Positions 1-12,233 of a stretch of DNA of 47,215 nucleotides are shown here, in pieces. Under the pieces are notes generated by a model, which was given only the letters and a program-made list of their open reading frames with translations, made no database searches and was not told the origin of the DNA. Both the position numbers and the translations under genes were made by a program. Within the stretch, counting starts at the first letter, position 1; every line of letters begins with the position of its first letter. Source of the stretch: Phoronis australis (lineage: Eukaryota; Animalia; Phoronida); assembly GCA_002633005.1 (NCBI GenBank), contig NMRA01000099.1, positions 492,684 through 539,898 of the forward strand, given 5' to 3'.

Positions 1-1184
1 AATTATCAGTGTATTTAAAAACAAATGGCAAACTGAAAAAGCACAGAAAGAAACAACATTGCGAGGGAGTCCATAATCAGGCATATCAGGTGCTAAATTT
101 CTGAATTGCGTTCAATTCTCTCAGGTTATTGCTGAAGGATTGCTTTTCACTTTGTCCAACGATGAAATAGATGGTCAAGTGGTTGGTTTCAGTTGTTTTT
201 TCTTGCCTGTAACAGAATAGAAATATTAGTAAATTGTAAAAGAAAAGACAAGACAAAACTGCTTTTGTAAGGCAGAACATACTTGACATTTCATCTTCAT
301 GTTTATATGTAGAAACTAATAACCTTTGTACCCAAGTCTTATTTAATATCTGAATTAAAATATGTGAAACAGGCTAAAACTGATTTAACAATGTGTATTT
401 TTCATGACACTTAAAATGTGCTTCTGATCTCAACAAGTAAAATTCATTCTAGGTGTCAATTTTTTTCTAATGCAATATTACGACATTTACTGAATTAAGG
501 CTTATTCATGTTAATTCGATAACTGAGCTGGTGGTCCTGGGGGTGGGGTCCACGATAAAATAAGGAAACTCACTCATCTAGAGAATTTTATTGAAAACAG
601 CATAGTTTTGAAGAGAAACTGCTGTGAAAAAGTCACTCTTGACTTCTGTGCATCACGTACCACTTATTTTGGGAGCACTTCCACCCAGGACAATATGAAT
701 ATGTGCTCAGTGCTAGCCTACCCGGCATCGGGTGAGTTTCCAAAAAGAAACACTTAGTTCCATTCAATAAAACTGTTATTCAGTGGGGTAACTGGTGGGG
801 ATAACATCAGTGAACAATGTTGATAGAAACTGATTGCTAAAAACTTACCAAGTAATGTTGTGTAGTCTCCGAATAGAACTGCATAGTCGTACTGCACACA
901 CGGGGCTTCAGCATCCACACACTTTTTGTCAGTTAGTTGACCCTGTTGACCGCAATTGTCCACGAATATAGTAACCTTAGGTATTTTGGGAATTTGTGGC
1001 CACGTGTCGAAGATTTCCACCAGGGAAATTAGCAGTAATAAGGCTTAGCGCGACGACGTATTTTGATAAAAATTCCATCTTTTACCAGTTGTTTACATGC
1101 AGACAGCCACGCATGTGCAATTCAATCACCTCTAGTACAGCAGCGACACCGCAAGGAGAATTCTATGAATAGCTCCATTGCACG

Positions 1185-2420
1185 GCGTCAAATAACCTGC
1201 GCGTGTTGAAATTGCTATCGCTTGAACAGATTGATCTGCAGAAAACTTCTCAGACGTGATGGGGCCAAAAGATGGCGTGCTGTTGTGACAAAATATGTTT
1301 GCATCAACATAACTGTTTGCAAATCAATCTCTTCAAAAGAACTTATTCACTCCATGTGCACACCCAAAAATTCTGAAAAAATAGAAAAACAAAATTAAGT
1401 CCACTAAAAAGGCAGGAACTACCAAAATTCAGCGAATGCACAATTCTTATAGCTCTTAAATAGATGAATAACGGGGGAGCTTGAGCCACCATGTAGTGGA
1501 ATGCGTAAAGGTCCGCCACGGAAGACGGAAAATATACTGGAGGTTCATGGCGCTTCAGCAGATTACAGTAGACCACATCACCAATGAACAATAGCGAGTT
1601 TTACTCGATGACTTGGAACTGGACATCAGTAACAGGGTAGGAGAGACATATGGCAGCGATTCTGATATGTCCGGAGCTCAGAACAGCGCGAAGGCTCTCA
1701 GTAGAGAAAGGAAACCCCATTAGCATTTTATATGCACTGTTCGTTTGAATGTGGTAATAGCACAGTCACATGTTCCATTACCAGCAACGGATATGTTATA
1801 AGAAAAGGGCTCGTTGATGCAGCTCAGGCAGACATTCTCGACAACGGGAGGAAAAAACACTTCCTTAGCAGTATTACAGGATCGATGTGGCGATACAATT
1901 TATTGCACGCGTTAGACTAACTACCTCGAAACACAATTCAGTGAGCTACACAGAAAAGTGACCAATGTGATTTGTCTTGTTCATTTTGTGAAGACCACCA
2001 AAGAGCCAGCAGACATCGGGGCCTTAACCACATACGCTGCAGATCTGCCATCTTCAGACATGGTTGATGACGAGTTGCTGAAATGGCGCATCAAATTTTC
2101 GGGCATAAGATCAGTTTCCTTTCAAGTTAACATTGAGGAGGATACTTGAATCATCCGGTACCACAACATTCACCCGCTTTTGCATATTGCATTCACACTA
2201 CCAGTCTCTAGTAAAATGTGAACGCAGTGGAACAGCTTTGAGACGTCTCTACATGTTCATCTTCACACACGCTTTTATGAATGAAAATTGTCTCTGGGCA
2301 CATGCATTGATATAAACTCATTACAACATGCCAACAGACCTCTCAGAAGTCGTGTCGAGATTTGCCAGATAGCATCCGTGAAGACTTCTTCTCAGAAGTA
2401 TCATTTTGAATTTCGACAAC
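1185..2420 (+). mobile_element. Degenerate hAT transposase relic (THAP12/PRKRIR/ZMYM1-like), multiple stops and frameshifts
   Basis: Collinear fragments match hAT motifs: YGSDSDMSG..LAFYMHC (~1650-1740; YDGAxxMSG..YVHC), TYAADLPSS..DELLKW (~2030-2090), and NIHPLLHIAFTLPVSS/CERSGTALRRL (~2165-2250; hAT C-terminal dimerization motif). A possible THAP CxxxxC remnant lies near 1195. Confidence 0.75.
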
Positions 2421-2984
2421 CGGTAAATGACCTACTGAAAAAGTGTGCTGCATATTCCGTGGGCAGTTTAACAATAACGTTGTTATAACATTAATGTTCA
2501 GTGAAAACGATATTTTCTTAACATAACAACAGATAGGGGCGTATGCTGCACATACAAAACTAGCCGTCTTCATTTCAGGAGCCATGTTACATCATGTAGG
2601 CCTACCATGCATGTAATTTCTCAGTAAGTTGCTGTATGAAGTCCTGTTCCTTTGTGGTGTTATTTAAGTAAATAAAATTAAGAAATAATCTTGTTTATGA
2701 TGTCCAGTTACTTATAAAGCTGTCATCTTGGGTTTATTCCACTCGCGTTGTAGACATGTGTGCCTGCGTAGAGGTCGGCAATTTTACAACAATTAATGTA
2801 TGTGGGCTCAGTTGGTTTCTGTAGTAGCCTACATCCGCATACAATGCAGTTTAAAAATCAATGAAACTCTTTGTAAAAGGTTCGCATTCTCAAAAATTCA
2901 AGCCCCTCATTTTTAAGTTGGGTGCGTCCATGCACTCGAAAAATTCAAATTTTTACTTTTCGCTTACCACTCCGCCATTTTCAT

Positions 2985-3517
2985 GTTTATGCGCCCACAT
3001 TTTTATATGTGGACGCATTATGCCGCCATCTCTGTCCGTCCGTCCGGCGTCCGCTGCTCCAAAACGCCTTGACGTATGGTCATGAAATTTTGCACATGTG
3101 TTCCTTCCGTGGATGGGACGGCATGAGCGAACTTTCGGACGGATCCAACTACCGGTGTGTCCCCTAGTGGCAATTTTAGTTTTTTACGTTTACCTTTGTA
3201 TCTTCAAAAGTCCTGAAGGGTTTTCATAAAATTTAGTATATAGGAACCTATTAGTGGGGTAAAGCCATACTCCTGTTTTCAGATGGATTTGACATAGTTT
3301 GCGCCACCTGGTGGCCATTTTTACTGTTTTCGAGTTTGTTTGCGTCCACCCCTCTATCAAGCAAACCGCTCAATGGATGATTGTGAAAATTGGCATGTAT
3401 GTTCTTACTATAAAGTCGACAGCTGACGATGATTTTCCGACGACTTCGACTACTGTGGCGCCTCCTAGTGGCTGTTTTTTTTTGCAGTGGTATCACTGAA
3501 GAGGCCACCCTCGTTTT
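2985..3517. mobile_element. Non-autonomous Helentron-associated (HINE/DINE-1/pearl-like) element
   Basis: Subterminal palindrome ATGCGCCCACAT..ATGTGGACGCAT (2989-3018), then a (GTCC)n tract (~3034-3053), three diverged ~145-157 bp core repeats, and a short terminal hairpin plus T-run. Confidence 0.55.
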
Positions 3518-5950
3518 AAATATCACAATAATAAATATATAAATTTCGCATGTATGCCTGCGTCCCCTATTAAAACGCTTACTAACATTGTAATTTGCCA
3601 CTGTATTTAAAAGGAACAATTGTCTTTGATGTTGTCTTTAGTGAAAATGCAGATCTCTTGTTATCTTGAAGAGATTTTTTTCCCTGTTATCACTGTGTGT
3701 TAACTTATCCATCGGGTTATACAGTCTGGTAGTCAGGTGTAAATGACCCAGCTTAGCCTTTAAAGGCAATAATTCACAGCAAACAACGAATGACTGACAC
3801 AAGTAAAGTAGACTTTGCATTTGCTCAATGGAAGTGGAATGCAGAAGGATGACGCAGTCCTTTATTGTGTCATTCACATCACTGTCTTTTGTTCCTTGGA
3901 ATGTTAATTAAAACGTACCAGGAAAGCAATAATTAACCAGGGTTCTGTGTTTCTTCCATGGAGAAAGTAAAAATGGTTACATTCCCCTTTATAAAACTTA
4001 GCTTTTCTTTGGAATGGTTTTAAAACATTTGTGGCAGTCTAGCATTCACAATTTTACAGAATGGAAAGATGATCTTTGGGTGATCCTGATTTTAACAAAA
4101 TCATCATTTTGCAATCTTCGAGATGAAATTCAAATTTGGTTTAAAACAGCCGTTTTGAGGACTTGAGTGGTGTAAATATGAATATGTCAGTCTCAATATG
4201 GTGTGGAAAACAATGTTGCAAACATTTAAGTCTGATGTGGCCAACAGATGGCGAGCTGGCAAGACTTAAATGTTTGCAACATTAAAGAACTAGATCTGCT
4301 CTCCAGAGAGTGCAAGTGCCTTTGTCAACGTCTAGGAAATAATAGCTTGAATGGAATTCAAACCAATACATGTAGTCGTCGTTGAGATGATAATCGGAAC
4401 CCGTGCACACTTTCAAAGACTTAATAGTTGAACAATTTGTACCGAATGCATTACAGAGGAGCATGTAACGATAAAAAGTAATGAAAAATATTCAAAACTA
4501 ATTGCTCTATCCAGCACATTACGTCGTTATGGTTTGGTTAAGAGCAAAATGTCCCTTTTGTTTTAAAATGTTACAATAAGCTGTTAATAGTGCTCGGATA
4601 TTAAAAAATCTCCAGTGAAATTATTTTGCTCGAGGTCAGAGCTCGCACCAAATTTTAGAAATAGGGAATGTTGGTTGTACCAAATTCAAGGATTATGATC
4701 AGTGACGAACGATCATTCATCTCTGTATGTTATACTGTAGTATGTAACGGAAAGGTTGCATAGGCAGCTAATTTCGTTGATTTAATGAACTGCCATGTCT
4801 ATTTTTAGACTCTATTGTTATGAAACACAATACATTATGTATACCTCTTGACTGTTAAAACCAAGAAATTTCCAATAAGACCTATCTGATCTAGAACCAT
4901 GTTCCATTAAACTTGACAAACAAGCGTGTGGTGTTGGTACGCAATGTTCTTACAGCGAGTCAGAGCTTACAGTTACACAAAGGAATCGTCGGTTGAAAGT
5001 TGAAAGTCTAATTTCTCCGAAAGTCGACCGTGTTTCGCGGTTCAACGTTTTATAGTGATAGCATTTCATAAAAAACACATCTTGTTCACAACATGTGTTG
5101 AACGTCGTTTGGAAATAGTATTTTTTAAATATCGGTTAGCGTCAGGTGTGCTGTTTACTACACAATTGCTGGATTACGTGAACTAATATCAGATGAACGG
5201 AAACGATGAGAGAGCTGGACTATGTAAACACTAGTTTGCCATCCGATCTTCCTCCCCTTGCTATTGCTGTCAATCTGATACCAACATGGCTGTATCTCCA
5301 CTAGCTAATAAGTGAAATCGGCATCATCCCGCACGGCACAGGTGCTATCGATCTGAAATTTACGAAATATGATGAATGCCAAAATCGACCATGTCCCAAT
5401 CTACAGAATTTATAAAATTCAATTTCTTTTTGAATTTCTGTGGCCCAAATTTTAGAGTGTCACGAACTTCATGTAGAATTTTTACAGTAGTGTATATTTG
5501 GCAGCTGGCATCATGAATAAAACTCTTTCCATGAAATTGTTAATGGGACAACGCTCACGTACAATGCGCACACAAATGGCAGTGATTACATGACTTCCTC
5601 CAACTGATTGACGCGTGGAGGTAATGGGGGCGTATGAAGGTAATGAGTGCGCTGTTACTTCATTTCTTATTATTATGTATTTAAATGACTGTATGCAGCT
5701 GATTATTATTCATGGATGTACAGACTTTGCCGTATGTTTTCAATTGTAGTTTACAAGCAGATTTGGTACGTTGCACCATGTAGCATCTTTGCCGTATCTG
5801 GACGGGAATGCATGGGATAGCATTGATGTAAATTTTTGCCAAATAGGCATGGATTTTGTTCTCTCTTTGTTGCGCACACGCGCTGTGGGATGATCATCCC
5901 CATTTCTCTCAGTTCTGATTGGCTAGTCGAGATGCACTGTCATGTTACTA

Positions 5951-6907
5951 CAGTGGCAGATCTAGGATATCACAAGGGGGGCCCAACATTTTGTCCGGCT
6001 GTAAGCATTTGCGCAAACCATGATTGTAGATGCGCATAGCACCTCCCGCCCAGGAAATTTTTCTGTTTTTTCCTCTAAAAATCAAGCATTTTCCTTGATT
6101 CCTGAAGTATTATCCAAGAAAAAAAGGCAAAAAAACACGGAGAACGTGTCAAACAGGAAAAACCACCAGTACCACAGACTCGAACTCACGACCTGGCGGA
6201 TAGAGCGCGCGTGCTTTACCACTACGCCACAAGGATTTAACTACTAATCTTATATTGAGAGATCTAGTTGTTTATGGTCCACAGCGTTTGCACGCGAAAC
6301 CTACTTCTTTTTGTAATCCTTATTATACGTTTTATATTTTGTGCTATCGGTTCTTAACAAATTTGTTGTATTCATAGTCTTCAAATGCCCAAAAGACCAA
6401 ATTCGTTTTTCGTGTTGGCAATAATGACGGGATTGCTTTGGAAATCGTCTTAATTTAATAAGGTTTGACAAAGAGAGAGTTATGAGTTTCTGAGTGATTC
6501 ACTAAGGCTTCGATTAAAATTCACATCTTACCAGCAGTTTCTGATTTTTCATCGTCACTCAGGTTCCATTTTCTTTAAAAAATGAAGTAAATTTTCTTCA
6601 TTGCACAGTGGAAACAGAGTCGTAGTGTGCAGCGCCACTGCCGGTTGCCTGGGATATCGCGGGAGAGCCTATACTTAGCCATAGTTCTGTTACAAATGCG
6701 CCGTGCTCCGAATTTGACACTTGAAAATGGATCTGAGCCCCCCTCCCCCAAACACTAAAACTGCACATTTAAATGTTGTTTCATCTGTATAATTTTAATT
6801 AGCAGAGTTACTTAATAAACTCAACATTTCCCTAGTACGCTCTTGCTGTTTTATTTTTTTGCGGCAGCAAAGGGGCGGGGGCGGGCCCCCCCCTAAATCC
6901 ACCTATG
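5951..6907. mobile_element. hAT-type non-autonomous element (CAGTGGCAGATCTAGG...CCTAAATCCACCTATG)
   Basis: Imperfect short TIRs of the CAGTGGCGGAT type; flanks TACTA/TATTA match at 4 of 5 positions. Confidence 0.5.
6165..6234 (-). mobile_element. tRNA-derived SINE-like head (Pol III A and B boxes), not a functional tRNA
   Basis: Minus strand reads TGGCGTAGTGGTAAAGC (A box) ... GAGTTCGAGTC (B box); acceptor and T stems do not pair. Confidence 0.55.
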
Positions 6908-7654
6908 TATTATCAGTTTGCCATAGCAAGGGGAGAAGGTTGGCAAACTATTAAATGTTTACATAAGTTTGGCGCTCTCATCGCCTGTGTTCTGATAAGT
7001 TCACGTAATCCAGCAATTATGTTGTGAACAGCGCGCCTGACGCTAACCGATATTTAAAAATACTATTTCCAAATGGCATTCAACAAATGTCAGAAGCTGT
7101 GTTTTTTATGAAATACTGTCTCCAAAAAACTTTAAATGGAAAAAACAGTTGATTTTTAGATAAATTAGACTTATCTTTCACCTGCCGATTCCATTGTGTG
7201 ACTAAGCTCAGACTCACTTACTACCACAGTATTGTGTACCAACACAATATGCTTGTATGTCAAGTTTAATCGAATGTGATTGATCAGATCCTGATGTTGA
7301 AAATTTCTTGGTTTTAACATTCTAGGGGAATGGTGTGTAACCTTGGGCCATTCCTACACACCCTCGGTCGCTTATTATTTGCGGCATGAATGGTTGATTT
7401 CTGCCCTTTCTCCAGTGTCCTTTCTGCGTTTTTTGTAACCCCCCTGACTCTCACCCCTGCCTCATACACCTATGTAGTATATATTGTATCAAGCACAGGC
7501 TGCTTGCACAATTAACTGTTGCCTCAGTTTTGAAGGAATAGAATTTATAACGGCTTGTGATTAAAATAGATGATTAAAGTATGCTGTCACTAGTAAGGAA
7601 AACTCCCAGGAGGGTTATTTTCTTGGCTGATTTCTGACTAATCATTCATTACAG

Positions 7655-7737
7655 GTGTTATTCAGAGATGTGCATACAGTGGCACTTCCTCCTTGCCGGA
7701 AATGCCGCCATGTGACTTCCAGCCGAAACCTTACACT
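7655..7737 (+). CDS. AGXT2: AGXT2 coding exon (..VIQRCAYSGTSSLPEMPPCDFQPKPYT)
   Basis: ttacag| acceptor, |gtgagt donor; MPPCDF motif; starts in phase 1. Confidence 0.88.
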
Positions 7738-7904
7738 GTGAGTTCAATAGAATAGCAGAAACTTGGTACTAGAGAGTTTAATTACTAAATCATGTTAATT
7801 TAATTGGAGAAACCAAATGTTGTAATATTTTGGTGTTGTTTACATTTGTTAAGAACTAGCTATTGCTGTCAGCATTTTTAGTGGTGTTATTCCTCGTGTC
7901 CTAG

Positions 7905-8089
7905 GCGATGAGCTACGACCGGGCCATGGAGGTGCGTAAGACAAATTTGATGCCAGGCATCCTGACCTACTACAAAAAGCCAATCATGATTGACCAAGGC
8001 TACATGCAGTGGCTGTTTGATGTGAATGGGCGACGCTATCTTGACTTGTTTGCGGGAATCGTCACTATCAGTGTGGGTCACTGTCACCC
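7905..8089 (+). CDS. AGXT2: AGXT2 coding exon (AMSYDRAM..YLDLFAGIVTISVGHCHP)
   Basis: cctag| and |gtaagt; 185 nt, phase 0 to 2. Confidence 0.95.
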
Positions 8090-8172
8090 GTAAGTGACGT
8101 TAAGAGCATATACTCTGTGTTTACCGTCTGAATGTTATAAATCTTAAACCAGCATGGAAATGTGTGTTGCAA

Positions 8173-8344
8173 ACATTTCTAAGTCTGGTCAGCATGCCAC
8201 CTGTTGGCCACATCGTATGACTGTGCATGGTTAACAGAAGGTCCCGGGTTTGAGTCCTTGCTGGGGTAGAAATCTTTTCAGACTTATATTTTTTGGTCAT
8301 GTGATATGGCCAATAGGTGGCGTGCTGACTAGGCTTGGAAATGT
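8173..8344. mobile_element. 172-bp palindromic MITE-like element with a tRNA-like B-box in the loop
   Basis: ~48-bp inverted arms (ACATTTCTAAGTCTGGTCAGCATGCCACCTGTTGGCC / GGCCAATAGGTGGCGTGCTGACTAGGCTTGGAAATGT); the loop contains GGTCCCGGGTTTGAGTCC. Confidence 0.65.
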
Positions 8345-8945
8345 CACTCACCATTAGTCACTAAAATGGGGAACCTGAGTTGTTGTCTGTTACAACTGTC
8401 TGTGAGAGTGGCCGCGATGGAATCAAAGTTCCAGCTGCGACACAGTTATAACATAGTTTAGTTGCTGTGACCTAAAAATAATTTCTAACCCAAAATTGGC
8501 TTTTCACAGTATGTGCTCTCAATCAAGTATTTGTTGAATTGAAGTTTGTTCATAGGAGCTATAGAAAGGTGGTTTAGTCAAAATAAATGTATAACAATTT
8601 TAGCAAAATATTAATGTAAAAATTGCATTGGCCCTGCAGTTAAATCCGGGGTGTGTGTCAGTCTAATCTCTTGGACTGCTTTTTGTCACCAATTCTTCCC
8701 AACCCTTATGGTGACATTTGTGGTTTTTATGAGCAAAAAGGCAATTCACAGTATGTTCGTTTGGAGTTATAGGCTTCAGTATAATGAAGATAAATTGAAA
8801 CTGATAAATGGTGGTCTAAAATCTCCTTTTTACAGAAAGAAAAGTGTACTAAGGCATTATTCAAAGTTATCATGGATGCATGGGAAAACTGAACAGAATT
8901 GAGATTTTTTGCTTGTCATCTTGATATCTCATATTAATTTTGCAG

Positions 8946-9069
8946 AAAGGTAACAAAGGCAGCCGTGGATCAGATGAATAAACTGTGGCATACCACCAAT
9001 ATTTACTTACATCCTGGTATTCACGAATACGCAGAGAAACTTGTGGCCAAACTACCGCCTGGATTGGAT
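8946..9069 (+). CDS. AGXT2: AGXT2 coding exon (KVTKAAVDQMNKLWHTTNIYLHP..LPPGLD)
   Basis: ttgcag| and |gtgagc; 124 nt. Confidence 0.95.
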
Positions 9070-9521
9070 GTGAGCATTTGTTTTGTACCTCCTATGTGTA
9101 CTGTAGTTTTTAAAATTAAGTCAAATTAGATTTCAGTTGGTAAATATATTTTAAGCATATGGACTTGTTTCTCTAATCTGATCCTCTTTTTGCATCATTT
9201 GGGCCTTCCTCAGTTCTCGTGTGATGTTAGGTATATAGTTTTGTACACCTTGTGGAATTTTGATAATTTGTGGTATTCAGCCTTCGAAAAACAGAGAAAT
9301 TATTTTGGAAATTATTTTCTTGCAAAATAACTAAACATTACATGGGAATAGCGCTTACAGAACTTGATACACTAAGACTAGGCTAGGTGAGGTGCTTTTG
9401 TCTCTTAGAACATCAAAGGAATTTTAGGGACAGCAAGGTAGGCTCCAGCCAAGCAGCAAGTCGAGCCTATTCATAAAGACATGCCAGAGTTAATTCAGCG
9501 TATAAATTTTTGTTACCTGCT

Positions 9522-9875
9522 GTCCAGACACAGACTTACCCTAGAACAAATTGCTAGGTTTGAGGACTGTGTGGACACTATTTAAGCTTGTGCAACTTAC
9601 CATTCTTGTGACTAAGTTGGTCTAGGGTAACTTGCGCCACTTCTACTTTCTGTATGGCTACAAACCTGGGGCAAGGTGGAAGTAATTATCAGCTGTGGTT
9701 ACATACAGACGGGTTTTCTTTTGAATGCTACATTTGCAGTAGGTATTATTCATTGTCATACACAGTGACAACTTCCACCTTACCCTAGTTATCGGGTATG
9801 TGTATGTGACGCTCCACTTAAAAGTGGGACAAGTTGCACAAGTGCAAGTTGTCCTAGGGTAAGCTGTGTGTGGAC
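9522..9875. mobile_element. Palindromic MITE in AGXT2 intron
   Basis: Nested inverted matches: GTCCAGACACAGACTTACCCTAG / CTAGGGTAAGCTGTGTGTGGAC; CTTGTGCAACTT / AAGTTGCACAAG; AAGGTGGAAGT / ACTTCCACCTT. Confidence 0.7.
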
Positions 9876-10066
9876 TGGACTTTAGAAAGTAGTGCGCCTG
9901 TAATTATTTCCTCCAGATTAGGTTTATTGCATTGGAAATACAAAGGGTGTGGTATTGTGCTGTCTGTAGGTGGTCCATGTGAGTGAGGTGTAATTAGATT
10001 TTGTAAAAGCAACTTATAGGTCATGAGGATTACTGTAAATTTTGATTGCTGTTACTTTATTCACAG

Positions 10067-10161
10067 GTGGTATATTTCACTAACAGTGGTTCTGAGGCCA
10101 ACGACTTAGCTATGATGATGGCTCGCTTGCACACAGGATGTTTTGATATCATATCTCTCAG
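10067..10161 (+). CDS. AGXT2: AGXT2 coding exon ([32 protein letters not shown])
   Basis: tcacag| and |gtagat; 95 nt. Confidence 0.95.
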
Positions 10162-10695
10162 GTAGATTCTTCAATTCTATTTATTCCAGGGTGGTTCTTT
10201 TGGCACAATGTGGCTCTTTGGGCGCAGGGTGTTTGTTAGACACTGGGTGGTTTTTTGCTATTAAGTCTTGTGTCTAGTTGCAGATGGCGGATTAATTTTG
10301 TTGTATGTGATTCTTCACTACTGAATGGACCAGCGGGTTTGGTGGCATGTTGCCTGATAGGTACAGATTATATCACATAATAGTTTATTATTTAAAATGA
10401 CTTATTCTTATTAAAATGACATAGGCAGAAAATTGAATTTTGGGCCTCTAAAGCGGGGCTCTCTATATTAATATAGGTTGAATAATTAACAACGCGAATT
10501 TCATATTACATAACCATCAACCATCATTCTGAGGAGGGCTGCAGACTGCGTTGGTAGTAAACATTCAATTTTGTCCCACTGCGTATTATCTGGACCAGCT
10601 GTGTCCTCTGAAATTTGCTTTGTTGATGTTTATGTCTTAAGAAATACGAAGAATTGAAATTCAGTAATCCACCATTATGCGTGCTAAACTGGTGA

Positions 10696-11492
10696 GGGCT
10701 GTTCCAGCAAAATCTGTATGGGAGGGGGGGGAAGGCACTTTTATTTCGTACCCACCGCCCATATTTTTCATTTATTTCTCCAACCCATGACCCATAATTT
10801 TTTAATTATTTTTAATAGGTTAAAATATAAAATTCAACACTTGCAAACAAACTGCCTCCAGGATTACCTGTTAAGAACTTAGATGATTGACAGACAAGAA
10901 CTAGTTGTCTTGTCCAATATTGTCAAAAACTAAAGTAGCCTGTGAGCAATACTTTTGGCAGCCACCAGGTGTCTCTGTTCACCATGTGTCTATACTTTCA
11001 ATGAACATTTTTTCAATTATAAGGATCTATGAATCTCAAACTGTCTTCACGATATCTTTTATACTTCTATGTTAAGTGAATATTGGAACTTGCTTATCTT
11101 ACTCTTCATAATTTTTATTTAAAAATCATCAATTTTCTTATATGTGTTAACACCAGTTTAGTGTTGCGTAACTTTTCAATTCAATAGGACTGCAGACTAA
11201 CAGTTGGCTCAAATCAAGTTGCCCATGACTTGATTAATGGCTAAGTGAACATATTGCACTCTGTTCACTGGCAATATGGGCTTTTTTGTATTGGCTTGTT
11301 TTGAGTTTTGAGGGCTGAAGTAATCAACCTGTCAACATTAACAGGACAAAAAATACCACCCATTTTTAATGCATCACTTCTTACAGGAACGACCACCCAT
11401 AATTTGTGTTTTTTTCTGAAGACCACCACCCATGAATTTTTATTTCCACTGCCGTCCCCCCCCCTCCCACATGGATTTTACTGGAACAGCCC
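10696..11492. mobile_element. PIF/Harbinger-type non-autonomous element, 797 bp
   Basis: ~35-bp TIRs GGGCTGTTCCAGCAAAATC.. / ..GATTTTACTGGAACAGCCC; exact 3-bp TGA TSD on both sides. Confidence 0.8.
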
Positions 11493-11613
11493 TGAAGAAA
11501 TAGGGATTCATCGTTATTGGAAAGACTAATTTTGTGTAGATATGTCTGTTTTTAAACATAATTCTGAAAAATTATCAAGTGGTCTTAAATGTCTTTGTTG
11601 TTCTTCCTTTCAG

Positions 11614-11707
11614 AAATGCCTATCATGGAGCCAGCCCCTATACCATGGGACTGACGGCCCTGTCAACCTGGCACTACAATTTCCCGAATGGCTTTGGTTT
11701 GCATCAG
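11614..11707 (+). CDS. AGXT2: AGXT2 coding exon (NAYHGASPYTMGLTALSTWHYNFPNGFGLHQ)
   Basis: tttcag| and |gtattt; 94 nt. Confidence 0.95.
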
Positions 11708-12167
11708 GTATTTAAAGATTACATAATGTTAGTTGGCATTTCTTGTATTTTATATGTATTCCTTTGAGTTGTGCTTGTGCAAACCTGATTGTGTTTTAGC
11801 CTTTACTAATTAGTTGGATACTTTCACCCTTCTTTATTCAGCTACCGTACATCATCATTTAAATATAAGAAGAAAATCGTTTGATTCCTTTGGACTTGAT
11901 GCTTCTATTAGATTATAATGGGCAACTCCTATTTCAGAACCATTTTCCAAAAACGTTCTATTTGTTGAAAAATGAATGATGTTTAGTCACCACCATAAAA
12001 GAAATGGGATAACGGAATTCACAGTTTGATGATTAATGAATACTTTAATAATGAAACTTGTGGCTTTAGTGGCTTGTACGAGGCATACATAAGCAGTGGG
12101 ATCGAATTAGAATTCTCATATCATTTCATGCGTTTGCTCCTGGAATTACCAAGTCCTTCTGTTACAG

Positions 12168-12233
12168 ACTATGAACCCTGACCCCTACAAGGGATTGTGG
12201 GGTGGCAAGAATTGCAGGGACTCCCCTGTCCAG
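12168..12233 (+). CDS. AGXT2: AGXT2 coding exon (TMNPDPYKGLWGGKNCRDSPVQ)
   Basis: ttacag| and |gtaagt; 66 nt; WGGxxCRDSPVQ motif typical of AGXT2. Confidence 0.93.

Larger units (their letters stand above)
4844..7328. repeat. Long diverged inverted repeat (arms ~4844-5280 and ~6911-7328), fold-back/MITE-like
   Basis: TTAAATATCGGTTAGCGTCAGG (~5125) is the reverse complement of CCTGACGCTAACCGATATTTAA (~7036). GTTAAAACCAAGAAATTT pairs with AAATTTCTTGGTTTTAAC. The arms are collinear over ~430 bp. Confidence 0.85.

Noticed and set aside
695-731. ATG..G|GTGAGT mini-exon (MNMCSVLAYPAS), phase-compatible with the AGXT2 exon at 7655
   Set aside because: No Arg-rich presequence character and no promoter evidence; such matches arise by chance. 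Not called without RNA data.
5286-5315. CCAACATGGCTG strong start context as the AGXT2 start
   Set aside because: Stops after 9 codons, the nearby GT gives the wrong phase, and it sits at the edge of a repeat arm.
6165-6234. tRNA gene
   Set aside because: A and B boxes are present, but the acceptor and T stems do not pair; SINE-like relic.
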